The translations under genes were made by a program, and so were the position numbers. A model generated the notes under the pieces. The model worked only from the letters and a program-made list of their open reading frames with translations, was not told the origin of the DNA and did no database searches. Shown here piece by piece: positions 24,973 through 34,573 of a DNA stretch of 61,889 bases (position 1 is the first letter of the stretch; each line of letters opens with the position of its first letter). Source of the stretch: Patescibacteria group bacterium (GTDB lineage: Bacteria > Patescibacteriota > Saccharimonadia > Saccharimonadales > JAZKJC01). The stretch covers positions 1 to 61,889 of the forward strand of contig JAZKJC010000009.1 in assembly GCA_040384565.1 (NCBI GenBank). Reading direction: 5' to 3'.

Positions 24973-25359
24973 ATGGCGAATGAAGAAGTAAAACAGAAGA
25001 TCAAGAAATTTACTGACCTTGTTGTTTGGCAGCAAGCTCGTGGGCTTGCAAAGCAAACCTACAATGTTGCTATGGTATTACCGCCGGAAGAAAGATATGG
25101 ATTAGCTAGTCAGATGAAACGCGCAGCAGTGTCAGTGGCATCAAATATTGCTGAAGGCTTTAAACGAGATACAATGAAAGATAAAATCCGTTTTTACGTA
25201 CAGGCACACGGTTCACTTACGGAACTTCAAAACCAAATTATTATTGGCAATGATGTTGGTCTGATAGAAGACGACATGAAAAATGGTCTTTTACAGTTCA
25301 CTGATCGCGTAGACGCACTATTAACTGGTCTTATTCGAGCCTCAAAGGAACGACTATGA
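24973..25359 (+). CDS. four-helix-bundle protein (23S rRNA IVS protein / Avd-like family)
   Basis: FTDLVVWQQARGLA...RYGLASQMKRAAVSVASNIAEG...GSLTELQNQ, characteristic of the TIGR02436-type family. Confidence 0.8.
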   Translation: MANEEVKQKIKKFTDLVVWQQARGLAKQTYNVAMVLPPEERYGLASQMKRAAVSVASNIAEGFKRDTMKDKIRFYVQAHGSLTELQNQIIIGNDVGLIEDDMKNGLLQFTDRVDALLTGLIRASKERL

Positions 25360-25405
25360 TTGCTCTTCATTCTTCATTCTTCGTTCTTCGTTCCGGAGGC
25401 TTTCT

Positions 25406-27904
25406 ATGAAAGTCAGCTTAAACTGGGTTAAGCAATTTACAGAAGTTCAACTGACGGTTGAGGAGCTGGTTGAGAAGATGGGGGCACAGCTGGGGGCTGT
25501 CGAGGAAGTAATTGATATTGGCAAAAAATACCAGGGGATTGTCGTGGCTAAGGTTGTGTCATGCCGGAAGCACCCGAACGCTGACAAATTAAAAGTCTGT
25601 TTAATTGATGACAGCAAGGTTACTAAGGACGTAAAGCGGGAGAAAAATAATTACGTAGAAGTTGTGTGCGGCGCGCCAAATGTAGCTGAAGGCATGCTGG
25701 TCGCCTGGCTGCCGCCTGGCGTAACCGTGCCCAGTACCCACGATAAAGATCCGCTTATTCTGGAAGCCAGGGAAATCCGTGGAGTTGTAAGCAACGGCAT
25801 GCTGGCAAGCGCCCATGAGCTGGCAATTAGCGATGACCACAGCGGTATACTGGAGTTAAATCCGTTTGACGCGAAGCCGGGTGATGACTTTGCTAAAACC
25901 TATAAGCTTGATGACTACATCATTGATATTGAAAACAAAATGTTCACCCACCGTCCGGACTTGTTTGGAGTATTAGGAGTTGCCCGCGAAATTGCCGGGA
26001 TTACCGGCCAGAAATTTAAATCGCCGGATTGGTGCACCAGAGAAGTAAAATGGCATAAACCAAAAACACCCCTACCTCTCGTAGTAAAAAATGAATTACC
26101 GGACTTGGTGCCACGGTTCATGGCGGTTGCCGTAAGGGTTAAACATAATGGGTCTAGTCCACTGTGGCTACAAACATATCTTGCGCGCGTCGGGCTCAGG
26201 CCCATTAACATGCTGGTGGATATCACCAATTACCTAATGATGCTGACTGCTCAACCGTTACACGCCTATGACTACGACAAAGTCGCTAAACTGAGCCAGG
26301 GCGATACTCCCACTTTGGTGGTACGTCACCCGAAACTAAAAGAAAGCCTGGTACTGCTGAATGGCAAAACTTTGCAGCCAAACCCTAAAACTATCATGAT
26401 TGCCACCGATAAAGTATCTATAGGTATAGGCGGTGTAATGGGTGGCCGCGAAACTGAAGTGGACGAAAACACTACTATTGCAATCCTGGAATGTGCCAAT
26501 TTTGATATGTACACAATCCGTCGGACAGCTATGGCACACGGCTTATTCACCGATGCTGTGACCAGATTTAATAAAGGCCAAAGCCCGCTCCAAAACGACA
26601 AAGTACTCGGCTATGCATTAGCTCTTCTGGAGCAATTAGAAGTTGGAACATGGGCCAGTGAGGTTATTGATGACAAAGGCAAGATCCGTCATCCGGTCCC
26701 TGTGCATGTGACAGCAGAGTTTATCAACTCACGCCTGGGCTTAAAACTGGATATAAAGGAAATCACTACATTGTTAGTAAATGTCGAATTTGGTGTAGCT
26801 ATGAATGGGCCGAACCTTGTGGTGACACCACCATTTTGGCGGACGGACATTGAAATTCAAGAGGATGTCGTGGAAGAAGTTGGACGGCTCTATGGTTATG
26901 ACAATGTTCCATTGGAACTGCCTAAACGTAATTTGAAACCGGCAGCCAGAAATCCACTTCTTGAAATAAAGAGTCGAATTCGTGAGAATTTGGCAGCGGC
27001 TGGGGCTAATGAACTCCTGACCTATAGCTTTGTACACGGCAACTTACTCAAAAAAGCCCGTCAGGATTCTAAAGATTCCTACCAGATCAGCAATGCCTTA
27101 AGCCCGGATCTGCAATATTATCGACAGACGCTAACGCCGAGTTTGCTGGATAAGGTCCATCCGAATATAAAAGCGGGTTACGACGAGTTCGCAATTTTTG
27201 AGATTGGCAAAACCCATAACAAAATTCATGGCCTTGATGCTGAAAAAGTACCTGGTGAGCTGGAAGTGGTCGCACTGATATATGCCAAAAACCGTGGTGG
27301 CTCTCAAGCAGCTTATTACACCGCACGCAAATATCTGGATTATTTGGCCGGAAGGTTTGGCTTTATGCTTTCTTATGAACCAATTGACAAAGGTCCCGGC
27401 TTTCCTGTAACGCAACCGTTTGACCCTATGCGTTCAGCCACGGTGTCTATTAAAGAAAATGGTGTCCAACTTGGTATTGTGGGTGAATACCATCCTGATG
27501 TTTCAAACAGCTTCAAACTTCCGGCATTTGCTGCCGGGTTCGAAATCAGTACCGGATACTTGCTTGATGCCGTGCAAAGCTCACGAGAATCACCCTATGT
27601 TGAAATCTCCCGTTTTCCAAAGGTAACGCAGGATATATCGCTCAGGGTTAGTGTTGACACGCCCTATCAGCAACTATATGATGCTATTGAACAGCAAGTA
27701 GAAAGATTTAAACCAAAAAATACCATGACTACGCTTATACCACTAGACATATACCAGCGCAAAACAGATAAAACCCATAAACAAGTTACTTTGAGACTAT
27801 CTATTGCCTCATACAATAAGACTTTGACGGACCAAGAAGTCAATAAGCTTCTTGATGAAGTCGCAGTACAAGCCAAACAATACCTAAAGGCGGAAAGAAT
27901 TTAG
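25406..27904 (+). CDS. pheT: phenylalanine--tRNA ligase beta subunit
   Basis: 832 aa. The N-terminal tRNA-binding domain begins MKVSLNWVK, followed by B3/4, B5 and FDX-ACB-like regions. GGAGG SD. Confidence 0.9.
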   Translation: MKVSLNWVKQFTEVQLTVEELVEKMGAQLGAVEEVIDIGKKYQGIVVAKVVSCRKHPNADKLKVCLIDDSKVTKDVKREKNNYVEVVCGAPNVAEGMLVAWLPPGVTVPSTHDKDPLILEAREIRGVVSNGMLASAHELAISDDHSGILELNPFDAKPGDDFAKTYKLDDYIIDIENKMFTHRPDLFGVLGVAREIAGITGQKFKSPDWCTREVKWHKPKTPLPLVVKNELPDLVPRFMAVAVRVKHNGSSPLWLQTYLARVGLRPINMLVDITNYLMMLTAQPLHAYDYDKVAKLSQGDTPTLVVRHPKLKESLVLLNGKTLQPNPKTIMIATDKVSIGIGGVMGGRETEVDENTTIAILECANFDMYTIRRTAMAHGLFTDAVTRFNKGQSPLQNDKVLGYALALLEQLEVGTWASEVIDDKGKIRHPVPVHVTAEFINSRLGLKLDIKEITTLLVNVEFGVAMNGPNLVVTPPFWRTDIEIQEDVVEEVGRLYGYDNVPLELPKRNLKPAARNPLLEIKSRIRENLAAAGANELLTYSFVHGNLLKKARQDSKDSYQISNALSPDLQYYRQTLTPSLLDKVHPNIKAGYDEFAIFEIGKTHNKIHGLDAEKVPGELEVVALIYAKNRGGSQAAYYTARKYLDYLAGRFGFMLSYEPIDKGPGFPVTQPFDPMRSATVSIKENGVQLGIVGEYHPDVSNSFKLPAFAAGFEISTGYLLDAVQSSRESPYVEISRFPKVTQDISLRVSVDTPYQQLYDAIEQQVERFKPKNTMTTLIPLDIYQRKTDKTHKQVTLRLSIASYNKTLTDQEVNKLLDEVAVQAKQYLKAERI

Positions 27905-27909
27905 TAGTC

Positions 27910-28437
27910 ATGGCTCTGGAGCTTCGCTTATTTCGCTTCAGGAGCCCTGACAATATGCTGGATCGAGCAAACCCAAATCTCAGTCCAGCAGACCAAAACC
28001 CAGTAAGACCCGATCAACTCTCGGTAGCTTACGCATGGCATGGGGATTGTGTAGAGATCGGTAGATTAGTAGTGGGGGATACGAATCTACGCCCAGCCGA
28101 ATCAGAGAGGTGGGAAGCATATTTTTCCCGTAGAAGAGAGAATCCTTTGACAGTAATAAAAGCTTGCGAATACCGAGGTCCGATTCGCGGGTTGGCGCTT
28201 TTTGAAAGGCTGCGTGGAATTCGTGCAACTATAGGGCATACACTGAGAGAAATGTATATTAAGCCTCCCGACGCACTACAAGGTCAAGCCGAAAGAATTG
28301 CTTATACACATGAAGTAGGTGTGCTTTTGCTGAATGAAGCAGATTTATGTCTTGCCGCAATAGGTGTGACACCTCTGCCGCATGATCCGGAATTACCACA
28401 GGTCTGGCCGTACGGTAGGCCTGAACAAATTTCCTGA
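27910..28437 (+). CDS. hypothetical protein
   Basis: 175-aa ORF starting 5 nt after the pheT stop. I see no SD and no recognisable motif. Confidence 0.4.
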   Translation: MALELRLFRFRSPDNMLDRANPNLSPADQNPVRPDQLSVAYAWHGDCVEIGRLVVGDTNLRPAESERWEAYFSRRRENPLTVIKACEYRGPIRGLALFERLRGIRATIGHTLREMYIKPPDALQGQAERIAYTHEVGVLLLNEADLCLAAIGVTPLPHDPELPQVWPYGRPEQIS

Positions 28438-28452
28438 GTTATACTGGGGGCT

Positions 28453-28890
28453 ATGAGAAAAGCAGTAAGAGCAATTGTTATTAAAGACGGAAATTTGCTG
28501 ATAATGCGTAGAAATAAGTTCGGAAAAGCTTATGAAACGTTACCAGGCGGATCAGTTGATGCCGGGGAATCCCTGGCTGCCGCACTAAACCGTGAGCTTA
28601 TGGAAGAAACCACAATTGCAGTAGACAATCCGAGGCTTGTGTTTATAGACCACGCTGGGGAACCCTATGGTGATCAATATGTATTTTTGTGCGAGTATAA
28701 CAGTGGTGAGCCTCATTTGCATCCGCAGTCCACAGAATTAAAGATTCATCAGGAAGGTATGAATTTATATGTCCCAGGGTGGTTGCCATTGAAGCATCTC
28801 GCTGCCAGCCCTTTTGTTTCAAATAAACTCAAAGACAATCTATTAAGAGCCTTAAGCCAGGGTTGGCCAGTTATTCCAGAAGAGTTCTAA
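28453..28890 (+). CDS. NUDIX hydrolase
   Basis: Nudix box GGSVDAGESLAAALNRELMEETTI. Confidence 0.75.
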   Translation: MRKAVRAIVIKDGNLLIMRRNKFGKAYETLPGGSVDAGESLAAALNRELMEETTIAVDNPRLVFIDHAGEPYGDQYVFLCEYNSGEPHLHPQSTELKIHQEGMNLYVPGWLPLKHLAASPFVSNKLKDNLLRALSQGWPVIPEEF

Positions 28891-28966
28891 TAGACTTCTT
28901 CAGAAATAACTCCTCAGTCAAAAAACGATGATTTTTGTTCCGGGTTCTTATTTCCGAAGAAGTCTA
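28891..28966. repeat. 76-bp hairpin
   Basis: TAGACTTCTTCAGAAATAA pairs with TTATTTCCGAAGAAGTCTA. The element starts on the nt after the stop codon. Confidence 0.55.
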
Positions 28967-29029
28967 ATAAATCTCTAGCAGTCTAGGCCACGGAAGCGTA
29001 TACTATGACCATATTCAAAAGGAGGATAC

Positions 29030-29560
29030 ATGGCAAAAACGCATGAACGCGTATTCGCGCTCGTCGCGGCGGTATTATTTTTTGCTACGACAGTAGCAGT
29101 AAGCGTAATAGTAGTTTTACAGGTCCGTCAGCAGAACAAGGCCAATAAAGCTGATATAACACAAACTAAGCAGCCACAGGAGACAAAATTGCAGGGAACT
29201 AAGCTGGTAGGGTTTACACCGATAGAAAAGGTTGACAAGTTAGAGTCTATTGACCTTGAGCAGGGAACGGGCGATGAAGTAAAGCCGGGCGATAAGGTCA
29301 CGGCTCACTACACGGGTGCTATCGCAAAAGACGGTACAATTTTTCAAAGCTCCCTTGACACCGGCCAGCCAGTTCCCTTTAGCCTTAATGGTGTAATAAA
29401 AGGTTGGACAGAGGGAGTGCCAGGCATGAAAGTTGGTGGTAAAAGACGTTTACTTATTCCAGCGGCCCTAGCATATGGCTCAACGCCACCGCAAGGATCT
29501 GGAATCCCAGCCGACGCTGATCTGGTGTTCGATATTGAAATGGTAAAAGTAGGAGAATAA
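29030..29560 (+). CDS. membrane-anchored FKBP-type peptidyl-prolyl isomerase
   Basis: TM anchor plus an FKBP domain (VTAHYTG...GVIKGWTEGVPGMKVGGKRRLLIP...LVFDIEMV). Confidence 0.8.
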   Translation: MAKTHERVFALVAAVLFFATTVAVSVIVVLQVRQQNKANKADITQTKQPQETKLQGTKLVGFTPIEKVDKLESIDLEQGTGDEVKPGDKVTAHYTGAIAKDGTIFQSSLDTGQPVPFSLNGVIKGWTEGVPGMKVGGKRRLLIPAALAYGSTPPQGSGIPADADLVFDIEMVKVGE

Positions 29561-29655
29561 GCACAAAACACAACATGTAGGGTCTTTACAGGAACCATAA
29601 ACGCTATATATACTACAAACAGAAAAACTTAAAAACAATAAAAGAGGGCAAAACA

Positions 29656-29904
29656 ATGGTCAAAAACATTACAATCTTTACTACTAACACCTGCGCATAC
29701 TGTGGCATGGTCAAAAAATACTTAGGCGCCAAGGGCTATCAATACGAAGAAGTAAATCTTGATACACATCCGGAACGCCAAAAAGAAGCATTTGAAATCA
29801 GTGGCGCCCTCAGCGTGCCAGTTACAGTGGTAACCAAAACAGATGATACAAAAGAAGTAGTAATTGGGTATAACTTGGCACGTTTAGCCCCCGCCATAGC
29901 CTAG
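29656..29904 (+). CDS. glutaredoxin-like protein (NrdH/Grx family)
   Basis: 82 aa with a CAYC redox motif and a thioredoxin-fold layout. Confidence 0.7.
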   Translation: MVKNITIFTTNTCAYCGMVKKYLGAKGYQYEEVNLDTHPERQKEAFEISGALSVPVTVVTKTDDTKEVVIGYNLARLAPAIA

Positions 29905-29910
29905 GCACAA

Positions 29911-30026
29911 TTTTCAAACATTCCAATTTTCAATTTTCATTCAATTTGCAGAGATTCAATGGGCAAAAATATTGATAAATTGTTAAAGGCTTTTTGAATG
30001 AAAATTGTAAAATTGATAATTGAAAA
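29911..30026. repeat. ~116-bp AT-rich imperfect hairpin
   Basis: CAATTTTCATTCAA pairs with TTGAATGAAAATTG, with further TTTCAAT-type repeats in both arms. Confidence 0.45.
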
Positions 30027-30053
30027 TTCAGTCAGGTATACTGGAGAGACTTT

Positions 30054-31004
30054 ATGGGAAGTATAGACAAAGAAGTTTTAGATGTAGTAATGGTAGGCGC
30101 CGGTCCTGCGGCGCTGACGGCAGCTATTTATACATGCCGTGAGGACATCAAGACGGTGCTTTACGAAAAAGGGGTTATTGGTGGGCTAGCAGCCATTACG
30201 GACTGGGTTGATAATTATCCCGGTTTTCCGGACGGAATCGCTGGGCTGGATTTAGCAGAGGCATTGCGTAAACAGGCTGAGCGTTTTGGGGCTGATATTC
30301 GTTTAGGAGACGTTATGGATATAACCGACGAGGGTGATTATAAAAAAATGGTGACCACAGATGGCGAGGTGCTGGCAAAAACCGTATTAATTGCCACTGG
30401 CAGTGATTATAAAAAACTTGGCATACCTGGTGAGCAGGAATATTATGCGCGCGGTGTACACTATTGTGCCACATGTGACGGGGCGTTTTACCGCGATAAG
30501 CGGCTGGTGGTAATTGGTGGCGGTAATTCCGCGGTTCAAGAGTCATTATTTTTAACGCGCTACGCTGCGCATATTGATTTGATAGTAAGAAGCACGTTAA
30601 AAGCTAGCGAAATTCTCCAAAACGAGCTAAAAAAACATAGCGATAAAATCACCGTACATCTGGGCATTAAACCGCATGAGATTGTAGCCACTGATAATAT
30701 TGTGACGAGTGTCAGAGCAGAAAACATAAAGGGCGAGGAAGTTTCTTTTGAAACCGACGGGGTGTTTGTGTTTATCGGCTTACTACCTAATACGCAGTTT
30801 TTGCAAGCCAAAATTGATTTGGACGAAGTAGGTATGATCAAAACTGATAACAACCTGGAAACAAGTATGAAAGGTGTTTTCGCGGCTGGCGATGTCCGCA
30901 GCGGGGCAACAATGCAGATCGCAAGTGCATCAGGCGAAGGAGCTACCGCAGCGCTCATGATCCGTAAATATCTGGAAGCCCTGGAGCAATCAGCAGCCGC
31001 TTAA
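30054..31004 (+). CDS. trxB: thioredoxin-disulfide reductase
   Basis: GAGPAALTAAIY FAD motif, CATCDG redox centre and GGGNSAVQE NADPH motif. Confidence 0.85.
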   Translation: MGSIDKEVLDVVMVGAGPAALTAAIYTCREDIKTVLYEKGVIGGLAAITDWVDNYPGFPDGIAGLDLAEALRKQAERFGADIRLGDVMDITDEGDYKKMVTTDGEVLAKTVLIATGSDYKKLGIPGEQEYYARGVHYCATCDGAFYRDKRLVVIGGGNSAVQESLFLTRYAAHIDLIVRSTLKASEILQNELKKHSDKITVHLGIKPHEIVATDNIVTSVRAENIKGEEVSFETDGVFVFIGLLPNTQFLQAKIDLDEVGMIKTDNNLETSMKGVFAAGDVRSGATMQIASASGEGATAALMIRKYLEALEQSAAA

Positions 31005-31087
31005 TAGCAAAATCAATTTTCGATATTATCAGATATGAAACAATAATAAACTTTACAATCTAAAGTTTATTTGAAAGTATATTAGGT

Positions 31088-31519
31088 ATGGAACGATCCG
31101 TATTACCAAGTATGTATGACCTATGCCTAATGCACGCTCGTGCAGATAGGGCTATGCGAGTAGTCGTGAGCGAGCAACTTGAGCCGTACAACATTACTAT
31201 GATGGAATGGCTTGCTCTAGGTGTGGTTTCCGGGGGACCTAAAAGGGGTTTGAGTATGACACGCGTAGCGTCAACACTTAATGTCACCTTGCCGCAAGTG
31301 ACCGCACTCATTACTAGCCTTGTTAAATGGAAGCTAATAAAGCAGAGAGTATTAGATACCGACAGGCGTGGACGACAAGTCATTGTGACCCTAAAAGGCA
31401 AGCGGGCTCTTGGTAAGATTGAAAGCGATATTGCAAAGGCAATGCGTGAATGGAGTAGTGATATTCCAAAAGAACAGTTGCGCGATTATATTTTGACAGT
31501 TAGCCAGTTGGCGAAGTAA
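31088..31519 (+). CDS. MarR family transcriptional regulator
   Basis: 143 aa with a winged HTH (LSMTRVASTLNVTLPQVTALITSLVKWKLI...DRRGRQV). Confidence 0.75.
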   Translation: MERSVLPSMYDLCLMHARADRAMRVVVSEQLEPYNITMMEWLALGVVSGGPKRGLSMTRVASTLNVTLPQVTALITSLVKWKLIKQRVLDTDRRGRQVIVTLKGKRALGKIESDIAKAMREWSSDIPKEQLRDYILTVSQLAK

Positions 31520-31634
31520 TAATAGGCCTATTTACTAAAGGTTGTATATTCTACATATAAAAAAGCTTTACTTCACATTATGAAGTATTATACTTAATAA
31601 AGTTAACTATTATTAAAAGAAGGGGTTTAACAAG

Positions 31635-32318
31635 ATGGAAAATATTAACAATAAGACAAGTGCCATAATTGTAGCTGTAGTCGCATTACTAATTGGTATG
31701 GGCGGTGGTTTCCTGGTAGGAAATAGTGGTGATGATAAGCATGACGATTCAGCCAAAACTACTCAGTCCCAGGCAACAGCTCCCAGCACAAAGGCTAGCG
31801 ATCTGAGAGTATTACTAAATAACCTAGAGTCAGAACATGTTGATTTGGCTTCCGCTGCAACCCGTGCTGGGTTTGACGGCAATGCTAACTTTGCAGCTGC
31901 AGCTGGCGCATTGGGCAAGAACACTGATTCACTAGCAGCTGCTGTCGGTAGTGTCTACGGTGAAGCAGCTGGTACTAAGTTCAAAGAAATTTGGGCTAGC
32001 CACATTGGGTTCTTTGTAGACTACACCGTTGCAGCTAAAGGTGGTGACCAAGCAGGCATGGCTAAGGCAGTAGAAAACTTGAACGGTTATGTTGACGCAA
32101 TCTCAACTTTTCTATCAAGTGCCAATCCTAATCTTCCAAAAGAAGCAGTTGCAACCTTAGTAGGTGAGCACGTTGGTCTTCTTAAGGAAGCCGTTGATAA
32201 GCATGGTGCTGCTGACTTTGTAGGATCATACGATGCCCAGGCTCGAGCACGCGTGCAAATCACAAACAAAATTGCTGATACGCTTGCAGGTGCAATCGTT
32301 AAGCAAAAGAACCTATAA
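31635..32318 (+). CDS. membrane-anchored Ala-rich hypothetical protein
   Basis: TM anchor followed by a helical Ala/Gly-rich domain. I recognise no motif. Confidence 0.55.
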   Translation: MENINNKTSAIIVAVVALLIGMGGGFLVGNSGDDKHDDSAKTTQSQATAPSTKASDLRVLLNNLESEHVDLASAATRAGFDGNANFAAAAGALGKNTDSLAAAVGSVYGEAAGTKFKEIWASHIGFFVDYTVAAKGGDQAGMAKAVENLNGYVDAISTFLSSANPNLPKEAVATLVGEHVGLLKEAVDKHGAADFVGSYDAQARARVQITNKIADTLAGAIVKQKNL

Positions 32319-32339
32319 GATAATAGGTTAATGGTTAAA

Positions 32340-32375
32340 GCGCGCTCCATTCTACCAGGGTGGAGCGCGTTTGTT
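32340..32375 (+). terminator. intrinsic terminator
   Basis: GCGCGCTCCA-ttctaccaggg-TGGAGCGCG followed by TTTGTT. Confidence 0.55.
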
Positions 32376-32409
32376 ATACTGGACTTACTTAAGTTTTAAA
32401 GGAGATATT

Positions 32410-32865
32410 ATGAATAAAAGTATTGTCGGCATTGTACTTGCAGTTGTTGCCATTGGCGCAATTGCCAGTGTAGTGATTATGAATAAGCCTGAAACAGCGT
32501 CCAAAACAGACGATAATCAAGCTCATAATACAATGAGCAACATGGCCAGCAACAAGCCCACAGGCGCAGCCACGCCATCTAACGAGGTAACCGAAACCAA
32601 TAGTGTGACCATAATTGACACAAGCAATAGTTATGACTATCAGCAGAAAAAGATTCGTGTCAAAAAAGGCACAACCGTAAAATGGACTAACCAGAGTAAT
32701 ACTAAGCACGATGTAACGCCTGACACAGAAACCGCTGAATTCAAAGCAAGTAATTTGCTGAAAAAGGGCGAATCATACGAGGTTACCTTTAACTCAGCCG
32801 GTACTTTTACTTATAACTGTTCGCCACACCCTTATATGAAAGGCTCGGTAGAGGTTACAGAGTGA
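32410..32865 (+). CDS. plastocyanin/azurin-like cupredoxin
   Basis: TM/signal anchor with type-1 copper ligands (H...CSPHPYM). AAAGGAG SD before ATG 32410. Confidence 0.75.
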   Translation: MNKSIVGIVLAVVAIGAIASVVIMNKPETASKTDDNQAHNTMSNMASNKPTGAATPSNEVTETNSVTIIDTSNSYDYQQKKIRVKKGTTVKWTNQSNTKHDVTPDTETAEFKASNLLKKGESYEVTFNSAGTFTYNCSPHPYMKGSVEVTE

Positions 32866-33290
32866 CAAAAAGCTCGCGCAAAAAAGCTTTATATTATGTT
32901 GGGCTAGCAGCCTTGGCTCTGTTTGTCGGATTATCAGGCTTTATGATAACCAGCCGGAAAAATAATCATCATACCAACACGCCAGCTCAACAAACTGTCT
33001 GTGATGGTATATGCGTGGCACTTAGAGCTGAAAAAGCTGACCCGGATACTATTACGGTTAAAGCTGGCGAGTTCGTGCAGTTCAATAGTGCTGATGGTAA
33101 AACCCATAGACTTTCATTGGGTAAAGGCGGTGAAGATCATGATCATAGTGGACCGTTTAATTCCGGGGATTTTAAGGCCGATGAAGCTTGGCGCGTGCAG
33201 TTCAAAGAGCCAGGAACTTTTAGTTTTCACGATCACTACAATCCAGACATAAATATTCTGGTAGTTGTCTACAACCCAGCAAAAAGCTAA
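32862..33290 (+). CDS. cupredoxin-like protein lacking the Cys ligand
   Basis: VKAGEFVQFNSADGKTHRL...FSFHDHYNP. His-rich. Overlaps the previous stop (GTGA). Confidence 0.5.
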   Translation: MTKSSRKKALYYVGLAALALFVGLSGFMITSRKNNHHTNTPAQQTVCDGICVALRAEKADPDTITVKAGEFVQFNSADGKTHRLSLGKGGEDHDHSGPFNSGDFKADEAWRVQFKEPGTFSFHDHYNPDINILVVVYNPAKS

Positions 33291-34094
33291 TTACGGAGCG
33301 GGGTAGCCGGGGAAGAAGTCTAAAATAAGTTTGTGTTTGTTGACGCCGGCACTTTTTAGATCTTTTTCCAGGGCTTCAACCATTGGCTCGGGACCGGATA
33401 CGTATATAAGTTGCTCCGCAGACGGTCCTGCAATTTCCAGTATAAGCTCACCCGAAAGCCGCCCTGTCCGGCCAGTCCAGCCAGAAGTTTGATCTGATAA
33501 CACAACATCCAGATTAATGCCCTGGCTTTTGAATAGCTCTTTGAAAGCGATTTCATCCAGACTGCGGGCTGCGTATATAACGTTAACTTTTCTTTGCTCG
33601 TGATTATCCACAATCCATTTCACCATACTGCGCATGGGTGTGACGCCTATTCCACCTGCCACGAACACCAGCGGTAATGTATTATCTTTGGGCAAGACAA
33701 AATCGCCCATTGCTTCACTGATGGTTACTTCGGCACCTGATTTTAGGCTAGCCAGAGTTTGCTTGAATGTACTGCCGTTTTCTGTAGCTAGCTTGGTGGT
33801 TATGCTGATCAGTTTTTCGCTTGGTGAGGAAGACAGAGTAAACCAGCGTTTGTGGCCGCGCTTATCCGGGTTGGGATGGGGAAGTTGTAGCTCAACAAAC
33901 TGCCCGGCTACGTACCGTAAAGGATGCTGAGGTTTAAACCAAAACGTCCTAATGTTGGTGGCCACTTCTTCGCCATGGTCAAAATTTACGTACACTCTAT
34001 TTCCTTCATAAGCTAAAGTATTATAGCTTATATCATGATAATATTGGTAGTATGAACGATAAGATCGACTGGCGCTATATGCTTCACGATACAA
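33291..34094 (-). CDS. ferredoxin-reductase-type FAD/NAD(P)-binding oxidoreductase
   Basis: RYVAGQFVEL, RWFTLSS and GGIGVTPMRS motifs. The annotated N-terminus overlaps the divergent gene at 34052, so the true start is probably further downstream. Confidence 0.7.
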   Translation of the reverse strand: MYREAYSASRSYRSYYQYYHDISYNTLAYEGNRVYVNFDHGEEVATNIRTFWFKPQHPLRYVAGQFVELQLPHPNPDKRGHKRWFTLSSSPSEKLISITTKLATENGSTFKQTLASLKSGAEVTISEAMGDFVLPKDNTLPLVFVAGGIGVTPMRSMVKWIVDNHEQRKVNVIYAARSLDEIAFKELFKSQGINLDVVLSDQTSGWTGRTGRLSGELILEIAGPSAEQLIYVSGPEPMVEALEKDLKSAGVNKHKLILDFFPGYPAP

Positions 34095-34573
34095 GAGCCC
34101 AAGTTTATCTCTTGTGGGCAGTTTTGTTGGCGACTGGCTTTACGGCTACGCATTATTACCAGAACGTGAATATTAATGGTGTGTGGACTACATTGTCACT
34201 TATCGGATTGGGTTTCATGTATAAAACCATGCCTTTAAAAGTCAATACCATGAAGCGTATTTTTAAAGTATGGCTTGGTGTTGTTGTGGTGGGAATTATG
34301 GTTTCAGGATTCGTGGCCCACAGTACCTCGCCAAACATCGGGCACTATACACAGTTTCTTGGCGGTTTTTGGTTATGCATGATGGCGATTGGCTATGCGT
34401 TAAACGGAATTGTTGACGAGCCAGCAACGTGGTACTGGATTGCTGCCGCCGTTAATATTGCAGCCGGGGCCGCATGTTTTTTCCTAAACGATTTTCAGAC
34501 TGTACAGTATCTAGTTGCAGCAATTATAGCGGCGTGGTCTATGCTGAATCTATGGCTTTTCCGCGTCTTTTAA
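34052..34573 (+). CDS. polytopic membrane protein, unknown function
   Basis: 173 aa with about 5 hydrophobic segments. Confidence 0.5.
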   Translation: MNDKIDWRYMLHDTRAQVYLLWAVLLATGFTATHYYQNVNINGVWTTLSLIGLGFMYKTMPLKVNTMKRIFKVWLGVVVVGIMVSGFVAHSTSPNIGHYTQFLGGFWLCMMAIGYALNGIVDEPATWYWIAAAVNIAAGAACFFLNDFQTVQYLVAAIIAAWSMLNLWLFRVF

